A model generated the notes under the pieces. That model ran no database searches and was not told the DNA's origin. It worked only from the letters and a program-made list of their open reading frames with translations. A DNA stretch of 64,000 nucleotides from Corallochytrium limacisporum Hawaii (Eukaryota > Protista > Pluriformea). The position numbers were made by a program, and so were the translations under genes. This document shows positions 44,881-55,611 of the stretch, piece after piece (the stretch's first letter is position 1; every line of letters starts with the position of its first letter). The stretch is taken from the NCBI GenBank assembly GCA_002811645.1, contig PDIP01000073.1, forward strand, positions 40,304-104,303, written 5' to 3'.

Positions 44881-47271
44881 TCATGAATGTTGTCGTTGCT
44901 GATTCATGCTCTCCATGGTACGCTGCACCACTCGGAGCTTCGACGCGCTGTTGGGCACTGCTGGGGGTTGATTCGTGTCTTTGGGAACATTTTCTTTATC
45001 CAAAGCCGATACGGCACCTTGCTCTTCGGAACCACCATTACCTTCGCTGCTAGCAGCGATACTATCTCCGATAGCGTTGTGATCCTTAGTTTTGCCGCTG
45101 AAGAGCTGCTCCCATGCTTCTCGGGTGTTCTCCCCCATTCGGATGGAATCCTCTGACTTGCGGTTCAAAGATGCAGGATCGGTGCCCTTGCCTTGGTCCC
45201 TGAACAGGAACGAATCGGTAAGATGCACGTCAGTTGTCGCCGGCGGCGCCGGTGGTGACAAATCGTTCTCTCCAGCATCGAGATCTAGAGACCCGTTACT
45301 AATGGACGCAGACTTTGGCGACCCCTTGCCCAGACCACCTGTGACCCGGGCAAAGAGGGACTGTTTCCCTGTGTTCCCGTCTGATTTCGATGATGAGGTC
45401 CCTTTCTTGGCACTTGCCGACACAGCCGCGGCTGCCGCGGCCGCAGCTGCGGCAGCGGCGCTGTTGCCGACGTTTGTGGGCATTGGTGAAGTGCGAATGC
45501 CACCCTTAGACACTTTCGTGCCGCCGCCGCGAGCAGGACTGAGCCGTGATCGGACCCTAGAGCGGCTCTTGCTCTTGGTACCACTGCCAGTGTTCGCTCC
45601 GGTGCTAGTCGGAGTGGTTACGGTCGTAACTGGGCTGCCATTGGCGGCATTGTGGTTGGTTGCAATCGGCGAGACATGCACTGCAGAACTCGACGCAGCC
45701 GCGCTATCCAGACCAGAGACACCCTGGTTGGACACAGTCGGATTTGCCAGGCCGTTGAGAATAAAGTTGAAAGTTGTGTTGCTAATCTCTGGGTTGTGCA
45801 CAATGCCATTCGAACTTGAGTTGGATCCACGACCGAGGCCGTTCAGGACCTGGCTGATCTCACTGTGTACTACGATGCCCGGTTTGGAGCAAGCTCGATC
45901 GATGTGGTCCTGTGTTATTGCTTCGTCAGTGATAAAGTAATTCATATTTATCACAGGACGGTCCGAATCTTTCCAGTCTGGGGCTCCCTTGGTTGGCAGT
46001 GCAAAGCCCTGAGTAACCAGCAGGTCACTCACTAGTGCTTGACGACAATTCACAGAATTAAAGCCATACCCAAGCATCTCCTGCATGCTACAGACTTCAG
46101 GTACATTGTTCATCGCGTCGCCGTAGGCAGTAGCCTGCGGATTGAAGGGGTGCTGTGCGTTGCTGGTCATTGGGACGAGATGCAGACGGTGCTGTAGAAA
46201 CTGTCCTGCTGCCGCGGACCATTTGCTCTCTGTGTGTTCAATCAGATCCCTTACTCGCTTCGACAGGCGGCACTTAAGGATGAGGACGGTGCGCTGCTGC
46301 GAGTCATTGAGAATGCCCCGACTCTGTGCATCTCCAGGGACCAGACGAACACGGACCTGATGGTCTGCGACGTTGCCAGGCAGTGATCCACACATGTCTG
46401 TGGCTGCTGCCGTGGTTTGTTGCACCGCTTGCGGTTGGTTGTGGGTGGTTTCGTGAGGAGCTATAGGTTCGTCACAGTTGTGAGCGAGGTTCGTCTGTTT
46501 GTTTGGGGTGATTTGGTTGTTTTGCTGCTGATGTTGGTGCTGGTGCTGGTGTTGCTGGTGGTTGGGATCGACGTAGCCATTGTAGTCGCCCATATCTGCC
46601 GCCGTTGCAGTGGTGGTCTGATTAAAGGCTCCGTAGGCTTGTGCGTTCTGCGACTGGTGCGATGACGGGTGGCCGCCGTCGTTGAACGCACCATTGCCCA
46701 TGCCACCGCTATTGGCGGCCTGCGGTTGAGCCCATACTTCGCTGTAGGTGGAACCCCCTGCGCTGGCTGACGCTTGAGGCACAGTCATTGCCTTCATTGC
46801 AACAGCATTTCGTCCGAAACTGCGGAGGATTTCTAGTCCAATGCCGGTACCGGGGGTGTTCGTGATGCCGTGGATCAGGGGCATTCGTGTAGTCAGTACA
46901 CCATAGGGATGACACTGCAATGCCACGACGCCCTCTGACACGAGCTCTGACAGTAACTTTGCGGTGTCGGTTGGTGGGTGCTGCATCTGCGGAATGGTTT
47001 GGGGAATGTTGCGGAAGATGGTTTGCAAATGTAACAGCGCCACAATAGCCGTCAGTTGCATGGGCAAATGTTTCCGCAGTTTTCCCATGTCAAGACGGAG
47101 GCAAGCACCGGCGTGCTGAAGCTGCTCCTGATACCGCATGCGAATCTGTCCCTGAGTGTATCGAGACACACTGCAGTCTGCGAATTGATAGTTCGGTCCA
47201 TAAGCACAGAGCTGTGCAAGCAGACCATCGTCTGCTTCCTCATCCCACTGATGCGGATCCATTGTGTTCAA
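44881..47271 (-). CDS. Cramped/TKI1-like chromatin protein (degenerate SANT domain plus cramped-type conserved block), with long low-complexity regions
   Basis: N-terminal WDEEADDGLLAQLCAYG...QIRMRY is SANT-like. VRLVPGD...LILKCRLSKRVRDLIEHTESKW resembles the CRAMP1/TKI1 block. Poly-Q/H and poly-A tracts. Confidence 0.55.
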   Translation of the reverse strand: MNTMDPHQWDEEADDGLLAQLCAYGPNYQFADCSVSRYTQGQIRMRYQEQLQHAGACLRLDMGKLRKHLPMQLTAIVALLHLQTIFRNIPQTIPQMQHPPTDTAKLLSELVSEGVVALQCHPYGVLTTRMPLIHGITNTPGTGIGLEILRSFGRNAVAMKAMTVPQASASAGGSTYSEVWAQPQAANSGGMGNGAFNDGGHPSSHQSQNAQAYGAFNQTTTATAADMGDYNGYVDPNHQQHQHQHQHQQQNNQITPNKQTNLAHNCDEPIAPHETTHNQPQAVQQTTAAATDMCGSLPGNVADHQVRVRLVPGDAQSRGILNDSQQRTVLILKCRLSKRVRDLIEHTESKWSAAAGQFLQHRLHLVPMTSNAQHPFNPQATAYGDAMNNVPEVCSMQEMLGYGFNSVNCRQALVSDLLVTQGFALPTKGAPDWKDSDRPVINMNYFITDEAITQDHIDRACSKPGIVVHSEISQVLNGLGRGSNSSSNGIVHNPEISNTTFNFILNGLANPTVSNQGVSGLDSAAASSSAVHVSPIATNHNAANGSPVTTVTTPTSTGANTGSGTKSKSRSRVRSRLSPARGGGTKVSKGGIRTSPMPTNVGNSAAAAAAAAAAAAVSASAKKGTSSSKSDGNTGKQSLFARVTGGLGKGSPKSASISNGSLDLDAGENDLSPPAPPATTDVHLTDSFLFRDQGKGTDPASLNRKSEDSIRMGENTREAWEQLFSGKTKDHNAIGDSIAASSEGNGGSEEQGAVSALDKENVPKDTNQPPAVPNSASKLRVVQRTMESMNQQRQHS

Positions 47272-47916
47272 TTGTCTTGCTAAGTTTTACTAGATGCTAT
47301 TCGTTTCCAATTTAGTTACATAATTGAAAGCATTTCACTAAGAATGCCCGAGTCGTCTCTTTCCGCTTGTGCAACTCCCTTTGCTTTGCATCGCAGCTAG
47401 TTGTGGATCCCCTGTCAACATGAGCTTAAACTGGTCACAAACGCTCTTATACCTTGAGTGTCAACGCGACGCAAATGAGAGAAAGGGGGTGTTCCAGTTC
47501 CTTTAAAGTGGCAGTCCGTCCCGAAATTCCATGAACTCTCTTATCATGTAACGGTGCAAGGGGAGCCGTTTCCGTCCTGAGCTCTTTGCGGCTGTGGAGA
47601 CTCTCCCTCCAAACTCTTGCCTGCGAATTTTTCGCGCGCGTTCGAAATCGGGTCCGCTGCGGTGCGTTCTACACCATCACGCCCGACCTCTGCACTGAGT
47701 TCGGAGTCTATTTATTCTACCCACCGGATTGGAGAAAGGGTTTGGGGGGAGGGGAAGGAGCGGGAGAAAGTCAATAGTTGTGCTGAAGGTGCCGGTGTTC
47801 TTGTCCTTCAATCTCCGCCTGTATAGGGTAATCAATATTGGCCTGCAGTACCCTTCTTACGGAAGCGATGTTTACGTCTATTGGAATATCTCCTTGTATT
47901 CGGCTTCAGTGGACTA

Positions 47917-50900
47917 TCACACATATTCATGATCAACAAGGTGCCTTAGTGCCCCCATCAAAGTAATAAGCGCGTACGATATCTCACCGGAGCTGGCGTT
48001 AAGGACCGGTAAGAAGTCACTCATGAGCAGCAGGTGGAGTGGCCAGGACGGTTCGTTCAGCCGAACAATGTAGTATATGATCCAGGGTAGAATGTCATCC
48101 AGGGCACCGGCCCGGTTCTGGGTCGAACTGGTGAGCAATTGAAAGGCCTTGAGAACATGTTCCGCCTTGACCAGTGGGTGGCTCGCACTGACCACATCAC
48201 GCAATTGCTTTACGATAGCCTCCACATCGACGATGCCTTCAGGACCTGCAGACGGCCTAGATTCAGCATTTGTAACGAAGAGATGCTGATACATAGCTGC
48301 CCGGTCCGTTTCTGGCATATCGGCGGTGAGGTCGGCAGCATAGTCAAGGATGGCGCGTCGCTTTTCCTCTGCAGACTCCACAGGGTCCACAGGGATACCA
48401 ACCCGTTCCTTCAAGTCCCGCATGGGCAAAGTGTGTAGACGGTGAATCGCAGACTTCATCTTGTTCAAGAAATCACCGTACAAATCCTCATAGATACGTA
48501 CCATGGACGCGGTGATGCGTTGAAAGAAGAGCGCCATGAGCTCTTTCAGTCTTGGACTCAGGGCATAGTCGTCCTGCAACGCTTTGGCAAGGCTGCACGC
48601 ATCAGTCACCGCGAATTTGTACGCCATCGCTGGATTGATTGGTGATTGTGATCCGTAGGCCATGACAATGATCGACGACGCAGCTTCCACAGCGGATGTC
48701 TCTTCCTCGAGCTCTTCCTTGTAGCCATGCGAGGTATCCTCGCGGCGCAGGCGCCAGAACTGCACAATACTGTCGCGCCAGGCGTCTGCTTGTGGATCCG
48801 CCAGATGGTCCATCAGTACCGTGGGTTGGACGGAAATGGGCCAGGCGTGTAGAAAATCTGTGGAAATGTCACTGATTGGGAGCAGATAAGCGGTTGCGTC
48901 CTTGAGCTGTAAGTTCCACTTCTCAGCGTCGATGACAATGTTTGTGGCATTCACGATCTGGCCGTTCTCGCCGGTAATTTTTCCACCGTCCAGTATGCTC
49001 TGGTTTGTGCTACTAAAACTGCCTTCTACTTGGTAGCCGCTGGAAAGGATCAGTCGTCCACGACCTACGCTCTTGCCTTGGATAAAGTGTCCCACATGGC
49101 AGTGCCATGCTTGTCCCTGCATTTCTGAACCCCTTCGCGCATTGTCTGTAGCTCTCACCGGCGAAGGAGGGGTATCGCGGCTCCTCTGGAATGAGAAACC
49201 GTATCCCGAGAGCTTGTCACCGTCAAAGTGTCCCATTTTGCATATCCCATCGATGCGATCAACCAGTATCCCAAATCCTTTCCTTCGCCCGGCTAGATAT
49301 TCGCCAAAGAAGTGACACTCTCCCCCTCGGGTTACGGCGTAGCCGAGACCATGCTCCTTGTCATCCTTGAAATGGCCATCAAAGTAGTCGCCGTTGCCAT
49401 CGACGATGGTACCATGACCGTCGATGACGCCCTCACGCCAGTTTCCCGTCAACACACGACCGTCCAGGGAAGTGAGTCGACCCTGCCCATGGCGCACGCC
49501 CTGAATGAAGGATCCTTCGAACACGGTGCCCTCCCGGTCAACCGTCTCTCCCTTGCCATGCGGATGGCCCATGTACCACTCGCCGGAATAGCATTTCCCG
49601 ATCAAATCATGAGGCAAAGGTCCACCACCGGCTACAGGTACTGTAAGGCCTGCCACGGAGACAGCCCCGTTTGAACTCACATCAGCACTGTCTAAGTAGG
49701 TCAGCGACAGCTTTCTGCGTGCCAGCCCATAGGTGATTTTGTGCAGCAATTTGCTGGACGTATCATTTACTCGTCGAGGGGACTGTTTGCTCTGTGTCTC
49801 GTTGACCAAAAAGCCCGGAGAAAGCCTACCATTACCATCATTCTGTTCCTCAACTCCGCCGTATTCTATAAGCCTCTTGTGAATGGCATTGTAAAGGATT
49901 TTGATCCACTGGACAAGATCCTCCGTGCTGTCACAGTGAACAGAGACCTTGCGGGTGGGCATAACGAGATCAAACACACGCTTGGGTTTGAGAGCATCGT
50001 CTGTTCGACTTGAGCTTACAGGTTCATGGTTGATCCACAGGAAGCGCAGATCACAGCTCCAAGCGGGATTGCCCCATACTTTTGGGCTATGTAGAACGTC
50101 GTTGAACAAGTGGAAGGCAGGAGTCTGCGCGAAAGCACTCGGTCTTTCTACTGGCACTAGTGGCCGGTGTTTGCTGGACAGTAAGAGCCGTCGATCTGGT
50201 GGCATAGCACACAGAGTCACCTTGAACGCATCCCTGTTGGTAGTCCCAGCTTGTACGGGAACACGGATCGCGTGAAGGTTATGGTCAATGCAAAAGTCCC
50301 GAGTGTGTTCGGCGTTGATTATATGTCCATTCATGTTCGAGATAAGCTCCTCCCATTGGTGGTGAACTTTTAGTATTTCATCCACTTTGTACGGTAGTTG
50401 GAAGGGAGCCTTACTGGCAAATGACTCCAAGAGCTTGCAGAATGTGACGTAGCGATGAGTCCTATCAAGGTACCTCAGAACAAAGTCGTCAAATGCAAAC
50501 TGATTGAGACCGAAGGATTCCTCACTCGCTCCACGATCGATAATATCGTAAGTGGCGCCTTGAAAGACTTTGATATGCTCACTCAGAATCCGTTTGAAAG
50601 GGCTGGACAACTTGCACCTTTCGAAGAAATTCACAGCAATGCAATCCGCGATCACCTGGGCATACTCATTTAGGGCACGTTGAATCATGGTGTTCCCCAT
50701 GTAGCGTAGGAACTGTGGCTTGCTGCCAAATGTCTCTGCATTGGATCCAATGCGCATCTTTTCAAGGAAAACCCATGCTGCCGCCATAACTTTCTGCAAT
50801 GCATTCGACATTCTGACCAGCAGAGCTTGACAACTGCCTTGTTCACATAGTTTGTACGCAATCTCTGACGAGATTATTGGTCGCAGGACGTATCGAACAA

Positions 50901-52548
50901 ACTGCCCATAAATGCGAAGCGTCACAATCTCAGCATCCAACCTGATACGGTCATAAACCAGATCTAGACGATGTTCACTGTCCTGAACAAGCGCAATGTT
51001 GTGTGATCCAGCGAACACAGTACGCGTTCCTGCGCCCCACTCAAACGCCTCCATCATTGGCAAAATCTCACCAACTTCCCACTTGGATCCGTCATCCACA
51101 CTTCTCGTGCCCTTGGTGGACGAATCCAAACTCCGTCGCCATCCCTCTACGCCAGAGGTTGAGAGCTGAGGGGAAGTAACTCCAGAACTGTTCGTCCCTC
51201 CATTGTCATCTGTATCTGGGACAGGTGTGCCAGCACCGTATGTCAGAAATGGGCAGGACTGAACCCTATTGTCTTCGCTGCTCACACTGTCATAGGAGTA
51301 CTGTGTTCGCCTACTGCCATTACTCTTCTTAACGACAGAATCTGCAAGGACAACTCCATGGAATACTGTGAAATCGTAACCACAATTCACTGAGAAAATG
51401 CACCTGGGCCGGAGGCCAGCGACAATGACCGGTTGACTTACAAACATTGTGGTCCCATTAGGATTCTTGATACCAAGCTGTCCGTGCGTATTGTCACCCC
51501 ATACAATGACCTCTCCGGTATCCATTACAACCACAGAATGTCGTGATCCGCACGCCATGTCCAAAATGTTGCGATTATCAAAGCCATTGGGCAGAATGAC
51601 GCTTTCGATCGTAATCGCCCCCCTTGCCATCACAAACTTGTCTCCGTAACCGCTCCTGCCGTTGCCTAATTGTCCGTGGCTATTGCTACCAGTGGACAGC
51701 ATGACATTGCTTGTTGTGTTCAAAATCAAATGGCTGCATCCTGCCGCAATGTCCTTTATCCGAAACCCTACAAACTCATCAGGAATAAAACTTGTTGCCA
51801 CACTGTGCTCGCCATCCTCTACCAGGTCCGTACCGTCACTGCCGTCCTCGGATATGAAGGGTCCAACCATCCAACATATGCCAACACCACCTTCGAGTAT
51901 GGCACCAAGACTGGTACCCAAACAGACTTTTGTGGGGTGAAATCGCTCACCCATGTCCTCTTCTGTATGTACCGGCACGGGAACATTGGTGAATCGTGGC
52001 TTTCTACCTGGGACAAGGGGATCAAGTGTTCCCCAAATGTACACTGTCCGTGACTTCTTGGCCTCTGAAGTGGATGAGTGCGGATGTACGTACTCAACAA
52101 TAGCTGCTGATGAGTGCCTTCCCGCCGCGACATGGACGACCCTGCCGCCAATGAAATGTTTCGATGTCACAATCTGCGGTACTGACCGGGAGTTCAGGTC
52201 GCCAACTCCAAGTTGACCATAATCGTTCCCTCCTCTGGCATAGACATGGCCCTCCTGTGTGAGGAACAGTGTGTGACTACCACCGATAGCGATGCTTGTA
52301 ACCTTCAGCCCTGCCATCGCAATGTCTGGTGTCAACCGGTCCGAAACTGCGAGGCCCATCAGGACAAGTACATCTTCCGACGAAGTCTTTCCCAAGATCG
52401 CATTTCCCGAAGATCTGCTTACCCGCCCACGCATTCTCTCGCGGTCCATCGGCACTCGCAAGCTGTCCGCCGACGTATCCCGCTTTGACGGTCCGGATAT
52501 GGGGACGGACAGCCCGACATCAGAGTGATTTCTCACGTGCCGGGCCAT
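47917..52548 (-). CDS. ALS2: Alsin (Rab5 GEF) with RCC1-DH-PH-MORN-VPS9 architecture
   Basis: RCC1 repeats (GGSHTLFL, GSNSHGQLG), a helical DH-like region, PH domain (FHLFNDVL...WIKILYNAI), MORN repeats (YSGEWYMGHPHGKG and following), VPS9 (GALDDILPWIIYYIV...GEISYALITL). Confidence 0.88.
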   Translation of the reverse strand: MARHVRNHSDVGLSVPISGPSKRDTSADSLRVPMDRERMRGRVSRSSGNAILGKTSSEDVLVLMGLAVSDRLTPDIAMAGLKVTSIAIGGSHTLFLTQEGHVYARGGNDYGQLGVGDLNSRSVPQIVTSKHFIGGRVVHVAAGRHSSAAIVEYVHPHSSTSEAKKSRTVYIWGTLDPLVPGRKPRFTNVPVPVHTEEDMGERFHPTKVCLGTSLGAILEGGVGICWMVGPFISEDGSDGTDLVEDGEHSVATSFIPDEFVGFRIKDIAAGCSHLILNTTSNVMLSTGSNSHGQLGNGRSGYGDKFVMARGAITIESVILPNGFDNRNILDMACGSRHSVVVMDTGEVIVWGDNTHGQLGIKNPNGTTMFVSQPVIVAGLRPRCIFSVNCGYDFTVFHGVVLADSVVKKSNGSRRTQYSYDSVSSEDNRVQSCPFLTYGAGTPVPDTDDNGGTNSSGVTSPQLSTSGVEGWRRSLDSSTKGTRSVDDGSKWEVGEILPMMEAFEWGAGTRTVFAGSHNIALVQDSEHRLDLVYDRIRLDAEIVTLRIYGQFVRYVLRPIISSEIAYKLCEQGSCQALLVRMSNALQKVMAAAWVFLEKMRIGSNAETFGSKPQFLRYMGNTMIQRALNEYAQVIADCIAVNFFERCKLSSPFKRILSEHIKVFQGATYDIIDRGASEESFGLNQFAFDDFVLRYLDRTHRYVTFCKLLESFASKAPFQLPYKVDEILKVHHQWEELISNMNGHIINAEHTRDFCIDHNLHAIRVPVQAGTTNRDAFKVTLCAMPPDRRLLLSSKHRPLVPVERPSAFAQTPAFHLFNDVLHSPKVWGNPAWSCDLRFLWINHEPVSSSRTDDALKPKRVFDLVMPTRKVSVHCDSTEDLVQWIKILYNAIHKRLIEYGGVEEQNDGNGRLSPGFLVNETQSKQSPRRVNDTSSKLLHKITYGLARRKLSLTYLDSADVSSNGAVSVAGLTVPVAGGGPLPHDLIGKCYSGEWYMGHPHGKGETVDREGTVFEGSFIQGVRHGQGRLTSLDGRVLTGNWREGVIDGHGTIVDGNGDYFDGHFKDDKEHGLGYAVTRGGECHFFGEYLAGRRKGFGILVDRIDGICKMGHFDGDKLSGYGFSFQRSRDTPPSPVRATDNARRGSEMQGQAWHCHVGHFIQGKSVGRGRLILSSGYQVEGSFSSTNQSILDGGKITGENGQIVNATNIVIDAEKWNLQLKDATAYLLPISDISTDFLHAWPISVQPTVLMDHLADPQADAWRDSIVQFWRLRREDTSHGYKEELEEETSAVEAASSIIVMAYGSQSPINPAMAYKFAVTDACSLAKALQDDYALSPRLKELMALFFQRITASMVRIYEDLYGDFLNKMKSAIHRLHTLPMRDLKERVGIPVDPVESAEEKRRAILDYAADLTADMPETDRAAMYQHLFVTNAESRPSAGPEGIVDVEAIVKQLRDVVSASHPLVKAEHVLKAFQLLTSSTQNRAGALDDILPWIIYYIVRLNEPSWPLHLLLMSDFLPVLNASSGEISYALITLMGALRHLVDHEYV

Positions 52549-53456
52549 CGTTTTAATGTATAACCAGACCCGGTCTGTTCTAGTTCTAAGTTATGGGCCA
52601 AATGCTACATAGTTGGCCATTAAAACCGCATATCTCATCTCTGTTGGTCGCATGCAACTGGAGGTGTCAGTCACCATACCACGGCATCAGGATCACATTA
52701 TCTCTCACTCACAATGACCCAGACAATTCGGTTCCATCGTGCCCTTTATGTGCCATTAAATACCAAAAGGACACATTTTCGGAGTAATGAAGTCAGGAAA
52801 GCTAAACCCTGAATGCAGACAGGATGCCGACCCGGAAAAGGTCTCATCGATTCGTCCGGACGCAACAACCGACCAGCGGCCACAGAAGGAAATGGGCGAA
52901 ACGCCAGCCCGCACTTCGCGGCTGGGGGGTCGACCGCTCATTGCAATCAAAACCGCGCAAACCTCCTCCTCTCTCCCCGGTACATCTCCAAGCCCAGGGA
53001 GGAAGGGTGGAATTAAAAAAATAAAAAATCATTGCAGGTGCACACAGATATAATACTTCAATGCTAAGTTACTTATTTAAGTAAGTGCAGGACATTCAGT
53101 ATAGAAAACGACCGAATCGTGTTACGATTGTTTCCCTGTCCTGATATTACTCCGTAGGTCACCAACTTGTACGCATTTACAGTGAATGTAAGGCACTTTG
53201 ACCGGAATGCTACATTGTGTCAGCAGACACTTTTCGAGACAGCGCAGAGAATCAGCCCGCTTCGACTGCATTCAGGGTTCGAGATCGTTCTCTCTTATGA
53301 TCGGAAATCAAGACAACACAGGCCCGCCTACGGCGTTGTGATCTGGTACTGGTGGCCACAGGTATACAATTGATGAACGTCCTGTAGGACAAGTACATGG
53401 AACAACGTATGCTCAATATCGTCTGATCACCAAACAATTTCTCGACCTTGGACAAG

Positions 53457-54506
53457 ATGACTGAGACCATTCGTACTAAGATGAAGGCCCTGCGCCTCAA
53501 GAGCGCCATTCCCGAAGACGCAATGAAGGATGCAAAGGAGCTGAGCAAGTACATTACCGTTGAAGAAGTCGACGTGCCTACACCCCAGGACGGTGAGGTC
53601 CTGGTAAAGGTGGCTCGCGGTACGATCAACCCGAACGATCTGGCACATGCAACGGGCGTGTACGGAACCACCAACCACCAGGGCTGGCCACGCTCTCTGG
53701 GCTTTGAAGGTGCGGGGGAGATCGTTGTAAACAAAGGCGCCTTCTATCTTCCGGCCCGTGTCGGACAGAAAGTCGCATTCTACGCCGGTGGCGGGGGCAT
53801 GTTCGGAGAGTACGTTACAACCACGGCTATGAACGTGATCCGCCTACCCGCTGGTGTAGACATGGAGACCGCTGCCTGCTCCAGTGCCAACCCTCTAACC
53901 ACCATTCTCATGGTTGACAAGGTCACCTCTGCCGGCCACAAGGCCTTCATCAACACCGCGGCGGCGTCTGCTCTCGGTAAGCTTCTAATTCGGTGGTCCA
54001 AGGCTCAGGGCGTGGAGACCATCAACCTTGTTCGCCGAGAGGAACAGGCTGAGCTTTGCCGCCAGGAAGGAGCAAAGTACGTAATCAATTCATCGGATCC
54101 GGACTGGGAAGAAAAACTGAAGGCTGCGATCGACGAAACGGACTGTCACTTTGCTTACGACTGCGTAGGAGGTACCATGCCGAAGCAACTGCTGGAGGTT
54201 TTGCCGGAGAGGTCCGAACTCTGCCTTTACGGTAACCTCACAGGTGGTGACCCCGTCTTCAGCTCAAGCATAATTTTTGGCGACAGGAAGATCACCGGCT
54301 TCACCGTTCCCGAGGTTATGGCCAAGATGAGCCTGATCCAGAAACTGTTTGCCCTGCGGAAGTTGACCAACGGCATGGGCAAAGTGTTCAAGAGCTCAGT
54401 GAACAAAACATTCCCCCTCGACGAAGCGACCGATGCCTACGCCTTTTATGTTAACAACATGACGTCGGGCAAAGTACAGATCGTTGTCGATGCCGACATG
54501 CAGTAA
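53457..54506 (+). CDS. Zinc-independent MDR oxidoreductase (quinone oxidoreductase / enoyl reductase-like)
   Basis: GEVLVKV...INPNDL, LGFEGAG, NPLT, TAAASALG, DCVGG. First ATG is 53457. Confidence 0.88.
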   Translation: MTETIRTKMKALRLKSAIPEDAMKDAKELSKYITVEEVDVPTPQDGEVLVKVARGTINPNDLAHATGVYGTTNHQGWPRSLGFEGAGEIVVNKGAFYLPARVGQKVAFYAGGGGMFGEYVTTTAMNVIRLPAGVDMETAACSSANPLTTILMVDKVTSAGHKAFINTAAASALGKLLIRWSKAQGVETINLVRREEQAELCRQEGAKYVINSSDPDWEEKLKAAIDETDCHFAYDCVGGTMPKQLLEVLPERSELCLYGNLTGGDPVFSSSIIFGDRKITGFTVPEVMAKMSLIQKLFALRKLTNGMGKVFKSSVNKTFPLDEATDAYAFYVNNMTSGKVQIVVDADMQ

Positions 54507-54711
54507 CGGCCAGCAGGGTGGCATATCAATAAAACATGGCTCACAGTTTTCTATTTTGTAGGTGCTGTAAATGGTGTTTGCTTTTGATAAAGAGAATGCG
54601 TCCAGACGCAATAAGTGTGAGGCAGACACATTGAGAGCTCATTGCGTGCTCTGATTCCGATGAAGTTCCTGGCTCATCGAGCCAATTTAAATCAAGAAAG
54701 TTTACAATGTT

Positions 54712-55611
54712 CTAACTAAAATCTGGCGCGCGCTTCTCCATCAAGGCGGTGATACCCTCCGCGTATTCCTTGGTTTCCATTGACTGTGCCTGCAGCTCAG
54801 CCTCAGTCCACAGTGCCGTCTCTAGGCCTTCGTCAATCTTTCCGCGAATGATGGGCAGCGCCCGCTGCACAGCTGATGGCGATGCAGTTGCGATGCCCTT
54901 AGCAATCGAAATCGCCGCATCGACCACGGCGTCTCTGGGATGGCTGCTGATCGCCACACCCATTTCCACGGCCTCCTTGCCGGACACCAACTCACCGGTG
55001 AAGATCATCTTGGAGGCTACCTGCGGTCCGGCAATCGCAGCCAGAGTGTGCGTGCCACCCATGCCCGGAGTCAATCCTAACCGAACAAAGTTCAAACCAA
55101 GCTTTGCATCATCGGCCACCACGCGAATGTCACAGGCTAGAGCCAAACACAGACCAGCACCGACAGCAGCACCATTTACCGCAGCCACAATGGGCACGTG
55201 CAGATCTCGAACGCAGGTATAGCTCTTGTAGAAGCGGACCAAACTTTGCATATTTTCATCGAAATCAGCATTAATGCGCTCATGCAGAAACTTAACATCG
55301 CCCCCGGCACTAAAGGCCTTGCCCGCTCCGGTCAAGACGACAGCTCGTACATCTTCGACAGATTGCAGTTTTTTGATTGTTCCACTAAACTGTTCAGACA
55401 GATCCACAGTCAGAGCGTTCATTGTTTCCGGTCTGAAGATAGTTACAGTGTAAACGGAGGGATTGTCGTCCACACGGTGCACTTTCACGTGCTCAGTAGT
55501 CAGATCGGCGACTTCAGTCGCTCCAGACAATTGGCGGGCAGCAGAGAGCGCAGTCCAAGCCACGGGGCGAGCCCGACCCACTCGTACGGTACGTGCCAGA
55601 GAAGACAGCAT
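54712..55611 (-). CDS. Enoyl-CoA hydratase/isomerase (crotonase) family protein, probably mitochondrial
   Basis: AFSAGGD, AAVNGAAVGAGLCLALACDIR, LGLTPGMGGT, C-terminal EKRAPDF. Presequence-like N-terminus. Confidence 0.92.
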   Translation of the reverse strand: MLSSLARTVRVGRARPVAWTALSAARQLSGATEVADLTTEHVKVHRVDDNPSVYTVTIFRPETMNALTVDLSEQFSGTIKKLQSVEDVRAVVLTGAGKAFSAGGDVKFLHERINADFDENMQSLVRFYKSYTCVRDLHVPIVAAVNGAAVGAGLCLALACDIRVVADDAKLGLNFVRLGLTPGMGGTHTLAAIAGPQVASKMIFTGELVSGKEAVEMGVAISSHPRDAVVDAAISIAKGIATASPSAVQRALPIIRGKIDEGLETALWTEAELQAQSMETKEYAEGITALMEKRAPDFS

